A stretch of DNA of 64,000 nt, taken from Nitrospinota bacterium. Lineage in GTDB: Bacteria; UBA8248. Of the stretch, positions 31,092 to 41,144 are shown piece by piece. Position 1 is the first letter of the stretch. Each line of letters opens with the position of its first letter. The DNA lies in the NCBI GenBank assembly GCA_036231405.1, contig JAZAHK010000028.1, positions 75,164-139,163 on the forward strand, in the 5' to 3' direction. The notes under the pieces were generated by a model. It was given only the letters and a program-made list of their open reading frames with translations. It searched no databases and had not been told where the DNA came from. Made by a program: the position numbers and the translations under genes.

Positions 31092-32054
31092 ATGAGAATA
31101 GTTTTTCTCGGAACTCCTGACTTTGCTGTTCCTTCATTGGTTGCTCTGCAAAATTCCTCTGTTGATATAGTTAAAGTTTTTTGTCAGCCAGATAGAAGAT
31201 CTGGAAGGGGAAGAAAGTTATTTATGTCTTCGGTCAAAAAAAAGGCGAATTCACTAGGATTAACGGTGGAACAACCGGAAAGAATTAATTCAAGGGATAT
31301 ACAAAATTTAGAGCCAGATCTTTGCGTTGTAGTTGCCTATGGCCAGATCCTAAGTAAAAAGTTCCTTGATGTTCCTAAAAATGGAGTAATAAATCTACAT
31401 GGATCATTATTGCCACGTTGGAGAGGAGCTGCTCCTATTCAACGTTCCATTCTTCATGGGGATGAAGAAACAGGTGTTTGTATTATACGTTTAACTCCAG
31501 AGATGGATGCTGGTCCAATACTTGCTGAGAAGAAAATTGTCATGGATATTAGAGAAACAGCAGATACATTGTACGAAAAGATGTCAGGAATTGGTGCGAT
31601 TTTACTTGAGGATACAGTTAAAAAATTGACTAGTAATTCTCTGACAGAAAAAATGCAAGATGTGTCTAAAGTTACATTTGCTAAAAAAATACACAAAGAT
31701 GAAGCAAAAATAGATTGGGATACACCGGCAGTTAATATTGAGCGTAAGGTACGTGCTTTTAGATCGTGGCCAGTTGCGGAAAGTTTTTTGTCAGAGAGAA
31801 ACGATCGATTAAGAATATGGGATGCATTTGTTGTCAAGTCAGATAAAGACCTTGTTGCATCCCCAGGTACCTATTTGGGGGTGGGAGATTGTGAATTTGG
31901 AAATGGTCTAAGAGTTAGGACTGCGAAAGGTGATTTATTGCTTTTAAAGATACAATTATCCGGAAGGAAAATTATAGACGCGGTTGATTTTTTAAAAGGA
32001 TTTCCATTAGAACTCGGTAGTAAATTCGTAAATAGACTAAATTCTAGAGATTAA
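31092..32054 (+). CDS. fmt: Methionyl-tRNA formyltransferase
   Basis: MRIVFLGTPDFA, VVAYG, NLHGSLLPRWRGAAPIQ. Confidence 0.97.
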   Translation: MRIVFLGTPDFAVPSLVALQNSSVDIVKVFCQPDRRSGRGRKLFMSSVKKKANSLGLTVEQPERINSRDIQNLEPDLCVVVAYGQILSKKFLDVPKNGVINLHGSLLPRWRGAAPIQRSILHGDEETGVCIIRLTPEMDAGPILAEKKIVMDIRETADTLYEKMSGIGAILLEDTVKKLTSNSLTEKMQDVSKVTFAKKIHKDEAKIDWDTPAVNIERKVRAFRSWPVAESFLSERNDRLRIWDAFVVKSDKDLVASPGTYLGVGDCEFGNGLRVRTAKGDLLLLKIQLSGRKIIDAVDFLKGFPLELGSKFVNRLNSRD

Positions 32055-32064
32055 GAAGATAAAT

Positions 32065-33420
32065 TTGTCTGAAACCCAAAAAGATCATGAGACAAAAAAT
32101 GTTAGAGAATATGCATTTAGGGCTTTAAATTATTTTGAAAATAATCCAAAACATGCAAGAGATCTTTTTATAAAATTCTGCCCAAATAGTCTCGATCATA
32201 GGGATAAAGCCCTTTTCCGTGAGATAATTTATGGGGTCTTGCGTTGGAGGAACCGTTTAGATTGGATCAGTGAATTTTATCTAAATAAATCCATTGGAAA
32301 GCTAAGCCATCAGGTTAAACAGGTATTTCGTATAGGTGTTTTTCAATTGGTTTTTCTAGATAAAATTCCTGATTATAGTGCTATAAATACATCAGTTTCT
32401 CTTTTGGACAATACGAAGGACAAGTGGGCAAAAGGGCTAGTTAACGCAGTGTTAAGGAAGGTGTCGAGTGCTACACCCAATCCACCAGAAAACGTACTTA
32501 AAGATTTGTCAATTTGGGAATCTCATCCCGAATGGATAGTGAATAGATGGGTTAGAGAATTAGGAACTGAGGTTGCAGAAAAACGTTGCCGTTATAATAA
32601 CGAAATTCCTAATATTGTTCTTAGAGTAAATCCTGAATGGGGAACAGTAGAAAATTTATCAAATAGATTAGGTGCAATGGGATATAATGTTAATGTTGGA
32701 GCATTCGATCCAGATTGTTTGCATTTAGATACTTCGTCTAAATCAGGGAATCTTTTCCTGGCGGATAACAATCTGTTTCGAGAAGGCGCTTTTTGGGTAC
32801 AAGATGAAGCTTCAAGTTTAGTCGTGCGGTATGCAAATCCAACGTTAAATAGTCGTGTATGGGATTGTTGTGCAGCACCAGGAGGTAAAACAATTGGATT
32901 GTTTTTTTCATTAGGTGAAGGTGGTGAGGTTTATGCTTCGGACTTTTCTAAAAGTAGAATTAATACAATCAAGATTAATTGTATTAGAATGAACGTTAAG
33001 GCTAATATTTTTGTTGCAGATGTATTAGATAAAGTTTTTAATAAGGTTTTTGATTTTGTCTTGCTTGATGCTCCATGTTCATCTCTAGGTGTTTTAAGAC
33101 GACATCCAGACACAAGATGGCGCCTGGAAGAGAATAAGTTAAGTGATTTTTCAACTCGTCAGAAACTTTTACTTGAAGCCGCTTCGAAGTCTGTTCGATC
33201 TGGAGGTTCTTTGGTTTACTCTGTCTGTAGCAACGAGCCTGAGGAGACGCATCAAGTGACTTCTTCATTCCAATCGAAAGATTTTTTTGTAAATGATAAC
33301 AACTCGAATATGCCGATTTGTGCAGGAAATTTTATTAAATCTGATGGATCTTTACAGATTAAACCAGAAGATGGAAATATAGATGGTTTTTATGCAATGA
33401 AGTGGGAAAGAAAAAAATGA
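32065..33420 (+). CDS. rsmB: 16S rRNA m5C967 methyltransferase (Sun)
   Basis: NusB-like N-terminus, VQDEAS, DCCAAPGGKT, LDAPCS, YSVCS. Confidence 0.93.
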   Translation: MSETQKDHETKNVREYAFRALNYFENNPKHARDLFIKFCPNSLDHRDKALFREIIYGVLRWRNRLDWISEFYLNKSIGKLSHQVKQVFRIGVFQLVFLDKIPDYSAINTSVSLLDNTKDKWAKGLVNAVLRKVSSATPNPPENVLKDLSIWESHPEWIVNRWVRELGTEVAEKRCRYNNEIPNIVLRVNPEWGTVENLSNRLGAMGYNVNVGAFDPDCLHLDTSSKSGNLFLADNNLFREGAFWVQDEASSLVVRYANPTLNSRVWDCCAAPGGKTIGLFFSLGEGGEVYASDFSKSRINTIKINCIRMNVKANIFVADVLDKVFNKVFDFVLLDAPCSSLGVLRRHPDTRWRLEENKLSDFSTRQKLLLEAASKSVRSGGSLVYSVCSNEPEETHQVTSSFQSKDFFVNDNNSNMPICAGNFIKSDGSLQIKPEDGNIDGFYAMKWERKK

Positions 33421-34367
33421 TGAGACGTGAAATAAAATTAATCTTAAAGTACTTCCTCTGTTTCGTTTTGGTAATTTCTATGATTGTTGTAGGAGGTATT
33501 TTTGGCTTATATCTTTTTAGAACAGGAGGTTCTGTTTTTCTCCCGAATGTCGTTGGTATGGATGTAGGGAGGGTCCTAGAGAGGTACGGCAGTCTTGATA
33601 TTCCTGTGACAGTTAAAAAACATATTTTTAGCAATTCGATTCCTAGGAATCACGTTGTAGAGCAAATTCCCACTGGTGGACGAAGGATAAGAAAAGGAAG
33701 AACGATAGGTTTAATAATTAGTCTTGGTTCACGAGACGTTGTAGTTCCTAAAGTTGTCGGTGAGAATGTGAATAGGGCTGAAACATTAGTTCGACTTAGT
33801 GGTTTGCGTGTTAAATTTGTAGGGAGACTTTACGATTCAGAAGTACCTTTTGCACAAGTTATGGGTATTTGGCCTAGTCCTAAAACCAAAGTTGCAAGGG
33901 GAGAGGGTGTTGTTTTAATCGTCAGCCAAGGTCCGCGTGAACGTGCTTACTCTATGCCCAAAATAGTTGGGGAATCTGTGAATACAGGATTAGATGTTGT
34001 ACGTAAGTTGGGTTTGACTGTCGGGAGAGTCAAGTATGTTAACAGTAAGGGCATTCCACGAGGTTACATAATTTCTCAAGTTCCCTTGTCAGGAAAGAAA
34101 GTTCTTTCAGGTCATAGCGTGCATGTGAAAGTGGCTAGAGGATTAGACCAAATTACGGGTAATTTCAGTGTTCTAAGGTATACGGTTCCAATCGGGTCAT
34201 ATGATCGTAGAATAAAAATTGTTTTAGTTGAAAAAGGGAAAGAAAAAGAAATTTTTTCAAAAAAAGTTAAGTCTGGGGAGAAAGTTCATACTTTGGTCCC
34301 CTCAACAGGATATACTAGGGTTAAAATCTTTCTAGATAATGTGCTCGTGGAAGAACAGGATCATTAA
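33417..34367 (+). CDS. Membrane-anchored triple PASTA-domain protein without kinase domain
   Basis: N-terminal TM, three repeats starting LPNVVG / VPKVVG / MPKIVG; ATGA overlap with rsmB. Confidence 0.85.
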   Translation: MMRREIKLILKYFLCFVLVISMIVVGGIFGLYLFRTGGSVFLPNVVGMDVGRVLERYGSLDIPVTVKKHIFSNSIPRNHVVEQIPTGGRRIRKGRTIGLIISLGSRDVVVPKVVGENVNRAETLVRLSGLRVKFVGRLYDSEVPFAQVMGIWPSPKTKVARGEGVVLIVSQGPRERAYSMPKIVGESVNTGLDVVRKLGLTVGRVKYVNSKGIPRGYIISQVPLSGKKVLSGHSVHVKVARGLDQITGNFSVLRYTVPIGSYDRRIKIVLVEKGKEKEIFSKKVKSGEKVHTLVPSTGYTRVKIFLDNVLVEEQDH

Positions 34368-34378
34368 CAGGAGAAAAA

Positions 34379-35053
34379 ATGCCTAGACCAGATATGACAC
34401 GTGGAAAAATTAAAATTGCGCCTTCAGTACTTGCGTGTCGTTTTGAAAGTCTTGAAGAAGAATTGCTCTTGATTGAGAAATCAGGCGCGGACTGGCTGCA
34501 TTTGGATGTTATGGATGGCCATTTTGTTCCAAATATTTCATTTGGACCTCAGTTTGTGAGTACTGCAAGGAAATGTTGTGAGAATTTAGTGTTGGATGTT
34601 CATTTGATGGTTTCGCATCCTGAAAGAATGATTGAAGAATTCGTAGATGCAGGAGCTGATATTATAACTTTTCACATTGAATCTAATTCTCATTTTCGGG
34701 AGACAGTACAAATGATCCGGTCTATGGGAGTTTTGGTTGGAATCAGTCTAAATCCTGAAACTCCTTTAAGCGCAGTTGAATCGATTTTAAATAAAGTAGA
34801 CCTTGTTCTTTTAATGAGTGTAAATCCTGGTTTTGGCGGGCAGTCTTTTATTCCCTCCTCGATAGAAAGAATACAAAAACTTGATTCTTACATTACAGAA
34901 AAGGGTTATGATGTTCTCTTAGAGGTAGACGGTGGAGTGAATACTGAAAATGCTGAAAAAATAAGAGAATCTGGCGCGGATGTTTTAGTGGCAGGGACTG
35001 CTATTTTTAGTTCCGAGAATTACGTAGAAACAATTAGTTTTCTCCGGGGCTAA
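34379..35053 (+). CDS. rpe: Ribulose-phosphate 3-epimerase
   Basis: IAPSVL, HLDVMDGHFVPN, DVHLM, MSVNPGFGGQ, EVDGG. Confidence 0.97.
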   Translation: MPRPDMTRGKIKIAPSVLACRFESLEEELLLIEKSGADWLHLDVMDGHFVPNISFGPQFVSTARKCCENLVLDVHLMVSHPERMIEEFVDAGADIITFHIESNSHFRETVQMIRSMGVLVGISLNPETPLSAVESILNKVDLVLLMSVNPGFGGQSFIPSSIERIQKLDSYITEKGYDVLLEVDGGVNTENAEKIRESGADVLVAGTAIFSSENYVETISFLRG

Positions 35054-35136
35054 GCAAAAGAATACTTCTCAACAATTGACATATTGCTTCTTATTCCTCT
35101 ATAAGTCATCTTTTGTAGATTGGAGGATTTTTCTTC

Positions 35137-36459
35137 GTGTTTGAGTCTTTAACTAGTCGTTTGTCTGGGATTTTTTCCGATCTTAGACAAAAGGGTCTTT
35201 TGAACGAAGATAATATTGATGTCGTCTTACGAGAAATCCGAATGGCTTTTCTTGAGGCTGATGTTAATTTCAATGTCGCCAAAACATTTATCGAAAAAGT
35301 CCGTGAAAAATTACTTGGGCAAAGGAGGGCTGCTCATCTAGATCCATCGAAGCAAGTTGTAAAAGCGGTTCATGAGGAATTGATTGGTTTGATGGGTGCG
35401 AAATCCTTTCCTCTTAAGAGAGTTGATTTTGGTGCTAGTATAATACTCTTGGTAGGATTGCAAGGTTCAGGAAAGACTACTACTGCTGGTAAAATTGCTC
35501 GCGGATTTAAAGAAAAAGGAATGAGAGTTCTACTGGTTCCTGCAGATCTCACTAGGCCTGCTGCAACAAAACAATTAGAAGTTTTATCTAAGCAAGCAGA
35601 GGTCGATTTTTTTGAACCTGTTAATTTTCAAGACCCTGTCTCCTTGGTTAAGAGTGCAGTTGAAAACACTAAATCAGGACACTATGATTATTGTATAATT
35701 GATAGTTCTGGAAGGTTGAGTGACGATGATGCTTTAATGGAGGAATTGAAAGAAATTTATGAAGTTTCAAAACCGGATGAATCTATACTGGTTGTTGATT
35801 CTATGGCTGGCCAAGATGCTGTTTCTATCGGTGAGTCATTTTCGAACAGAATTCCTCTAACGGGAGTGATTTTTACGAAGTTTGATGGTGATTCTAGAGG
35901 TGGAGCTGTTTTGTCCATTCGATCTGTTACCGACTTGCCAATAAGATTTGTTGGAGTTGGAGAAAAAATATTTGACATTGAAGAGTTTGATCCCGAAAGG
36001 ATGGCTTCCCGTATTTTAGGAATGGGGGATGTGCTCTCCTTAATTGAAAAAGCAGAAGCTTCTGTCTCATCCGAAAATATAGAAATGGTCTCTGATGGAG
36101 TTTTTAGCTTAGAAGAGATGAAGGAACAATTAAAACAAATGAAAAAAATGGGTTCTTTAAGTGATATGCTTTCAGCTGTCCCGGGTGTTTCTTCTAAAAT
36201 TAAAGATGTAAATTTTGATGAAAAGCAAATTTTTCGAAATATTGCTATAATAGACTCTATGACCCCTCAGGAAAGAATTTCTCCTGATATTATTAAAGGG
36301 AGTAGAAGGAAAAGGATTGCAAATGGAAGTGGAGTGCTTGTGCAAGACGTCAATCGCCTGTTAAAACAGTTTATGCATACAAAAAAGATAATGGGTAGTT
36401 TTTCTAAAACTAAAAATAAAGATAAACTTAGTTTTGTTAAGAAGATGTTTAAATCTTAA
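35137..36459 (+). CDS. ffh: Signal recognition particle protein
   Basis: LEADV, GLQGSGKTTT, TKFDGDSRGG, RILGMGD, SMTPQER. Confidence 0.97.
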   Translation: MFESLTSRLSGIFSDLRQKGLLNEDNIDVVLREIRMAFLEADVNFNVAKTFIEKVREKLLGQRRAAHLDPSKQVVKAVHEELIGLMGAKSFPLKRVDFGASIILLVGLQGSGKTTTAGKIARGFKEKGMRVLLVPADLTRPAATKQLEVLSKQAEVDFFEPVNFQDPVSLVKSAVENTKSGHYDYCIIDSSGRLSDDDALMEELKEIYEVSKPDESILVVDSMAGQDAVSIGESFSNRIPLTGVIFTKFDGDSRGGAVLSIRSVTDLPIRFVGVGEKIFDIEEFDPERMASRILGMGDVLSLIEKAEASVSSENIEMVSDGVFSLEEMKEQLKQMKKMGSLSDMLSAVPGVSSKIKDVNFDEKQIFRNIAIIDSMTPQERISPDIIKGSRRKRIANGSGVLVQDVNRLLKQFMHTKKIMGSFSKTKNKDKLSFVKKMFKS

Positions 36460-36470
36460 GGAGATTTGTT

Positions 36471-36716
36471 TTGGCTGTTAAAATTAGACTTGCAAGACGT
36501 GGAAAAAAGAAAGATCCTCGCTATAGAGTAGTTATTCAGGATGAACGTATGCCTAGAGATGGTCGTTTTATAGAATGGATTGGTCGTTACGATCCAATGC
36601 AAGATCCTCCCTTGATCGACATAGATGAAGTAAAAGCTAAACACTGGTTGGATAAGGGTGCTAAACCTACAGTGACCGTAAGAAGTTTACTTAAGAAGAA
36701 AGGCATTGCTTCATAG
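36471..36716 (+). CDS. rpsP: 30S ribosomal protein S16
   Basis: VKIRLAR.G, YRVV, PRDGRFIE. Confidence 0.97.
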   Translation: MAVKIRLARRGKKKDPRYRVVIQDERMPRDGRFIEWIGRYDPMQDPPLIDIDEVKAKHWLDKGAKPTVTVRSLLKKKGIAS

Positions 36717-36723
36717 CCGCTAA

Positions 36724-37227
36724 ATGACGGAAAACAAGAACAAGATAGAAGTTGGAGTTATAGTAAAACCACATGGCTATAAGGGCCTCGTAAAATTTAA
36801 GCCGTGGTTGGATTATTTTGAAGATTATTCGCGTGTGGAAAGTGTTTTTCTTGAAGAATTAGACAACCCTTCTTTTAAAGTAATTTCCGTCGTTCCCCAG
36901 GGAAAAAAACTTCAAATTTGGAAATTAGATGGAGTAGATTCTCTAGAAAGTGCTGAATTAATCTCGGGAAAGATTGTATCTGCAGATCGAAAATTTTTAA
37001 AAGGGGAATGTGAAGGTGTTTTTTATTGGGAAGATTTTGAAGGATATAAAGTAGTTAATGAGGAAGGGACAGAATTAGGAGTTTTTACAGATTTAATAGG
37101 TGCTGGTGGAAATGATGTGTTAGTTTTACAAGTTCCTAGCGGTGAAGAAATCATGATTCCTGCTGTGAAAGAGTTTCTGTTAGGATTTGATGCCGATAAG
37201 TGGGTTGTTAGAGTACCTCTTACTTAA
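36724..37227 (+). CDS. rimM: Ribosome maturation factor RimM
   Basis: VG.IVKPHGYKG, FYWED..G, GGNDVL, IPAV; position between rpsP and trmD. Confidence 0.9.
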   Translation: MTENKNKIEVGVIVKPHGYKGLVKFKPWLDYFEDYSRVESVFLEELDNPSFKVISVVPQGKKLQIWKLDGVDSLESAELISGKIVSADRKFLKGECEGVFYWEDFEGYKVVNEEGTELGVFTDLIGAGGNDVLVLQVPSGEEIMIPAVKEFLLGFDADKWVVRVPLT

Positions 37228-37250
37228 AATTTTACAGTTGTGATTATCCT

Positions 37251-37973
37251 ATGGCTATCCATTTCGATGTTTTAACTATTTTCCCAGACTCATTCAAGAA
37301 AGTATTTGATCAGGGTGTGATCGGTAGAGCTATTGAAAGAGGACTTATAGAACTTGTTGTCTGGGATTTGAGGGATTTTTCTGAAGGTTCTTATAGGAAA
37401 GTTGATGATGAGCCTTTTGGTGGAGGTGCAGGGATGGTTTTGAAAATTGAGCCTATCTATAAAGCTATCCAGGAAATATCAAAGATTAATCCCGACAAAG
37501 AATTATGGAAAGTGTTGATGACGCCGCAGGGTCGAATTTTGAATCAGAACCTTGCTAAAGACTTATTAAAGAAAGAGCGCTTTTTACTCATTTGTGGAAG
37601 ATATGAAGGTGTAGACGAGCGTGTTAGAGAATTTTGCGTAGACGATGAGATATCCGTCGGTGATTATATTCTTTCTGGCGGAGAGATCCCTTCTATGATT
37701 TTTATCGATGTCTTGTCTCGCTTGGTTAAAGGTGTTTTGTCAAATGAGAATTCCTTGAAGAATGAGAGTTTTTCCGGGAGACTTTTAGATTATCCTCATT
37801 ATACTCGTCCTGCAGAATTTAATGGAATGAAAGTACCTGATGTTCTGCTTTCAGGAAACCATGATGAGATCGAAAAATGGAGAAAAATCGAATCTTTTAA
37901 TAGAACGCAGATTAGAAGAAGAGATCTGTTTGAACAAAATAAATCCTCAAAGGAAGACTTAGGAACAGATTAA
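37251..37973 (+). CDS. trmD: tRNA (guanine37-N1)-methyltransferase
   Basis: VDDEPFGGGAGMV, CGRYEGVDER, ILSGGE, YPHYTRP. Confidence 0.97.
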   Translation: MAIHFDVLTIFPDSFKKVFDQGVIGRAIERGLIELVVWDLRDFSEGSYRKVDDEPFGGGAGMVLKIEPIYKAIQEISKINPDKELWKVLMTPQGRILNQNLAKDLLKKERFLLICGRYEGVDERVREFCVDDEISVGDYILSGGEIPSMIFIDVLSRLVKGVLSNENSLKNESFSGRLLDYPHYTRPAEFNGMKVPDVLLSGNHDEIEKWRKIESFNRTQIRRRDLFEQNKSSKEDLGTD

Positions 37974-37999
37974 CTTTCCCCTTTTAAGCTGCTAGCAAA

Positions 38000-38236
38000 C
38001 TGAGAAACTTATATACAGCTTTGCTTCATTATCCTGTTTTGGATAAATCTGGCAAGGTGGTTATTTCTTCTATTGCTAGTTTGAATATTCACGATATTTC
38101 GCGATCAGCACGTACTTATGGAGTTGTTTAATATTTTATTGTTAACCCTTCAGAAACACAAAGAATGTTTGTTGAAAAGGTTGTGAATCATTTTGTTATT
38201 GGTGAGGGGAATGATTTTAGATAAAATTTTAGGTAG
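38000..38236 (+). pseudogene. Truncated remnant of the trmD-associated SPOUT RNA methyltransferase (Methyltrn_RNA_4-like)
   Basis: Reads [76 protein letters not shown], with stops at 38129, 38222 and 38234; C-terminal half absent. Confidence 0.85.
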
Positions 38237-38239
38237 CAA

Positions 38240-38268
38240 TTGATTTAGAAGAGAAATCTATGTATAAG
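38240..38268 (+). promoter_or_regulatory. Candidate sigma70 promoter for rplS
   Basis: TTGATT-17 bp-TATAAG, ending 23 bp before the start codon. Confidence 0.4.
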
Positions 38269-38291
38269 AGTCTTTTTTTTGGAGTTTTGTT

Positions 38292-38639
38292 TTGAATCTT
38301 ATAGACGACTTAGAGAGACAAGGTATGCGTAAAGACGTTCCAAGGATACAGTCTGGTGATACTGTTCGTGTACATGTGAAAATTATAGAAGGCGATAAAG
38401 AGAGAATACAGGTTTTCGAAGGTATCGTTTTAGGATTAAGTGGTGGTGGTCTTCGTGAGACATTCCGTGTTCGTAAAATATCTTATGGAGTAGGAGTAGA
38501 AAGGATTTTTCCTCTTCATTCTCCGAGAATAGATAAAGTAGAGATAGCCAAAAAAGGAAGAGTAAGACGCGCTAAACTCTACTATTTGAGGGACAGGAAG
38601 GGTAAAGCCGCTCAAATAAAAGAAAAAAGAAGAGCCTAA
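38292..38639 (+). CDS. rplS: 50S ribosomal protein L19
   Basis: [31 protein letters not shown]. Confidence 0.98.
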   Translation: MNLIDDLERQGMRKDVPRIQSGDTVRVHVKIIEGDKERIQVFEGIVLGLSGGGLRETFRVRKISYGVGVERIFPLHSPRIDKVEIAKKGRVRRAKLYYLRDRKGKAAQIKEKRRA

Positions 38640-38641
38640 TT

Positions 38642-39631
38642 TTAAGTTTCAAGGAAGTTTTGTACTTCCCTCATAAACTCTTTCCTGCACCATTCATACT
38701 GAGCAAAATGAGTTGTATCACCGAAAATTACCATTCTTTTACCTCTACTATTCCTTAGTGCTCTATATAAGCCAAAAAACTCGGGATCAAGAGAACTTCT
38801 GTCATGGTCACCTTTTATTAACAGGACAGGGCATTCGATTTTTTGTGCATCATATAGTGGAATGTTCCTAGCTCTATCATACCGATCTGCCATTGCTCCA
38901 TTAGGAACTCTAACTCCTGGAGTTCGTCTTTTTTGTCCTTCTAAATCAAATTTCAATTGCTGTAGCCAAAATTGTTTTATTGCTTTTTCAGTTCTCCATT
39001 TTTTGTGTTTCCCTTTTGGGATACTCCCATCCCAACGATCGCGCTGTTCAGATTCTGTAACCCATCTCCAAGCTCCATTTTTAGGGTTCCAACGACCTGG
39101 TCTTTTGGGGTCCTCGTTTTCTGCAGCTCTATTAGGGTCATCGTATGCATAAAATGGGGCGTAAAGGGCTAATCGTTTAACTCTTTGTGGATTATGAGCA
39201 GTATAAGCAGCAGTTGTAGTTGTTCCCCAAGAGTATCCTAATAGCAACAATTTTTTAATTTTATTTTTTTTGCAAATGAAATCTACTGCGGCATCAATAT
39301 CTTTTACTGCAGTCATACCCCTTACAATAGGAGGGATATTAGTTGGAGGTTTTTCTAATTCAGGAATTTTTGTGGATAGACCGTACCCTCTAATGGAAAG
39401 AGAAAACACATTCATCCCTCTTTTAGCAACATAATCCATCCAAGAATAACCTGGGAGTTGAAAATCAAAGGCAATCGGTCCAGGGACACTTTGACCATGA
39501 ACCATTAGAAGAGTTGTATCAGGATCTTTTTTATTCATTCCTTTTGGTTTTTTTTCACGAAGATGGAGAATAATCTCTGGGTCATGCGATGGAATGAAAT
39601 TCTCTATTAAGTCAATTTTTTTCGTAGCCAT
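38642..39631 (-). CDS. Alpha/beta fold hydrolase
   Basis: VHG, RGYGLS, nucleophile elbow GYSWG, GDHD, C-terminal TTH. Confidence 0.87.
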   Translation of the reverse strand: MATKKIDLIENFIPSHDPEIILHLREKKPKGMNKKDPDTTLLMVHGQSVPGPIAFDFQLPGYSWMDYVAKRGMNVFSLSIRGYGLSTKIPELEKPPTNIPPIVRGMTAVKDIDAAVDFICKKNKIKKLLLLGYSWGTTTTAAYTAHNPQRVKRLALYAPFYAYDDPNRAAENEDPKRPGRWNPKNGAWRWVTESEQRDRWDGSIPKGKHKKWRTEKAIKQFWLQQLKFDLEGQKRRTPGVRVPNGAMADRYDRARNIPLYDAQKIECPVLLIKGDHDRSSLDPEFFGLYRALRNSRGKRMVIFGDTTHFAQYEWCRKEFMREVQNFLET

Positions 39632-39759
39632 TTCTAACCTTTTTTTTAACGTTAGTTTCGAGAACTAACAATAAATTGTATTGTTTTTGTAATCAAGTTT
39701 TCGTTCAGAATTTTAAGAGAAATTTATTAGAATTGTATGAGAACTATACAAGGGTATTT

Positions 39760-40350
39760 ATGTATACCTATGAGAAAAAATTATGGTCTGGGAATTTCTC
39801 ACTTGTTGCTGGGATTGACGAAGTTGGCAGGGGGCCACTTGCTGGCCCCGTTGTTGCAGCTGCAGTAATTTTAGATCCATTGCAAATCATTGAAGATCTT
39901 CAAGATAGCAAGAAAATTTCGCCGGTAAAAAGGGAAAACCTTTTACCCGAAATTCTCGATAAATCTATTTCGGTTTCAATAGCATCAATAGGTCCAAGAC
40001 AAATTGAAAGGATGAATATTCTTAATGCTTCACTCGAGGCAATGAGGGTAACCGTATCCCGTTTAAAATTTAAACCAGATTTTCTTTTAGTCGATGGTAA
40101 CAGGATGGTTGATTCTAAAATTCCACAGAAGCCTATTGTAAAAGGAGATTCAGTTTCGGCAAGTATTGCAGCAGCCAGTATAGTCGCTAAAGTTTGTAGA
40201 GATAGAGTTATGGTTAGAATGAATTCACATTATCCTGGTTATGGTTTCGAGAGGCACAAGGGATATCCTACTAAAGAGCACCTTTTATGTATTCAAGCAA
40301 AGGGTGCATCTAAAATTCATAGACGCACGTTTAATGGAGTTGTCTTTTAG
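39760..40350 (+). CDS. rnhB: Ribonuclease HII
   Basis: GIDEVGRGPLAGPV, DSKK, LVDGN, SIAAASIVAK..RD, HKGYPT. Confidence 0.97.
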   Translation: MYTYEKKLWSGNFSLVAGIDEVGRGPLAGPVVAAAVILDPLQIIEDLQDSKKISPVKRENLLPEILDKSISVSIASIGPRQIERMNILNASLEAMRVTVSRLKFKPDFLLVDGNRMVDSKIPQKPIVKGDSVSASIAAASIVAKVCRDRVMVRMNSHYPGYGFERHKGYPTKEHLLCIQAKGASKIHRRTFNGVVF

Positions 40351-40366
40351 ATCTAACTCCATCTTA

Positions 40367-41143
40367 TTAGTTCATGTCAGCAATTAGACGAAGGCCAATA
40401 AGTGTTAGATTTGTATTTTTTTCGTCATAAAACTTTTCTTCTTCAGAAAAAATAGAACTAAAACCCCCTGTTGCAATTACTTTTGTTTCAGTGCCAAGTT
40501 CCTTTTTCATTTTTTCTAAAATTTCTTTCACTAAACCGCGATATCCAAAAAACATTCCTGCTTGAATACTACTCGTCGTATTTTTCCCAATGATATTTTT
40601 GGGCATTTTTGGTTCAACTCTTGGAAGTTTTGCAGTTCTTTCTGTGAGTGCTTCCAAAGTTATTCCGAAACCGGGGGCGATGGCTCCTCCTAAATATTCT
40701 CCCTTGTCTGAAATTGCATCAAAAGTTGTAGCAGTTCCGTAATCTATAATAATTAACGGTCCTCTATAAAGATGAAATCCTGCCACGGCATTAACTATTC
40801 TGTCTGCTCCAACCTCAGTAGGGTTTTCATATTTAATAATTATTCCTGTTTTAATTCCAGGTTTAACAAATAAAGGTTCGGTTTTAAAATATTTTTTTGT
40901 CATCTCTTCAAGAATTGAAATTAATTGCGGGACTACACTAGAGATAATAATTCTTTTAACACTTGAAATTTCTATTTTTTTGCTTTGGAAGAGTTCTTGA
41001 ATCAGGATACCAAGTTCGTCAGTAGTTCTGTAAACTAACGAACTAATTGACCAGTTTTCTAATAATTCTTTTTCGTGAAAAAGGCCAATTTGTGTTTGAG
41101 TGTTTCCGACATCTATTGCCATGAGATGATTTGTATTTTTCAT
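40367..41143 (-). CDS. coaX: Type III pantothenate kinase
   Basis: IDVGNT, SSVVP, VGADR, DYGTATTFD, ATGG. Confidence 0.95.
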   Translation of the reverse strand: MKNTNHLMAIDVGNTQTQIGLFHEKELLENWSISSLVYRTTDELGILIQELFQSKKIEISSVKRIIISSVVPQLISILEEMTKKYFKTEPLFVKPGIKTGIIIKYENPTEVGADRIVNAVAGFHLYRGPLIIIDYGTATTFDAISDKGEYLGGAIAPGFGITLEALTERTAKLPRVEPKMPKNIIGKNTTSSIQAGMFFGYRGLVKEILEKMKKELGTETKVIATGGFSSIFSEEEKFYDEKNTNLTLIGLRLIADMN

Positions 41144-41144
41144 T

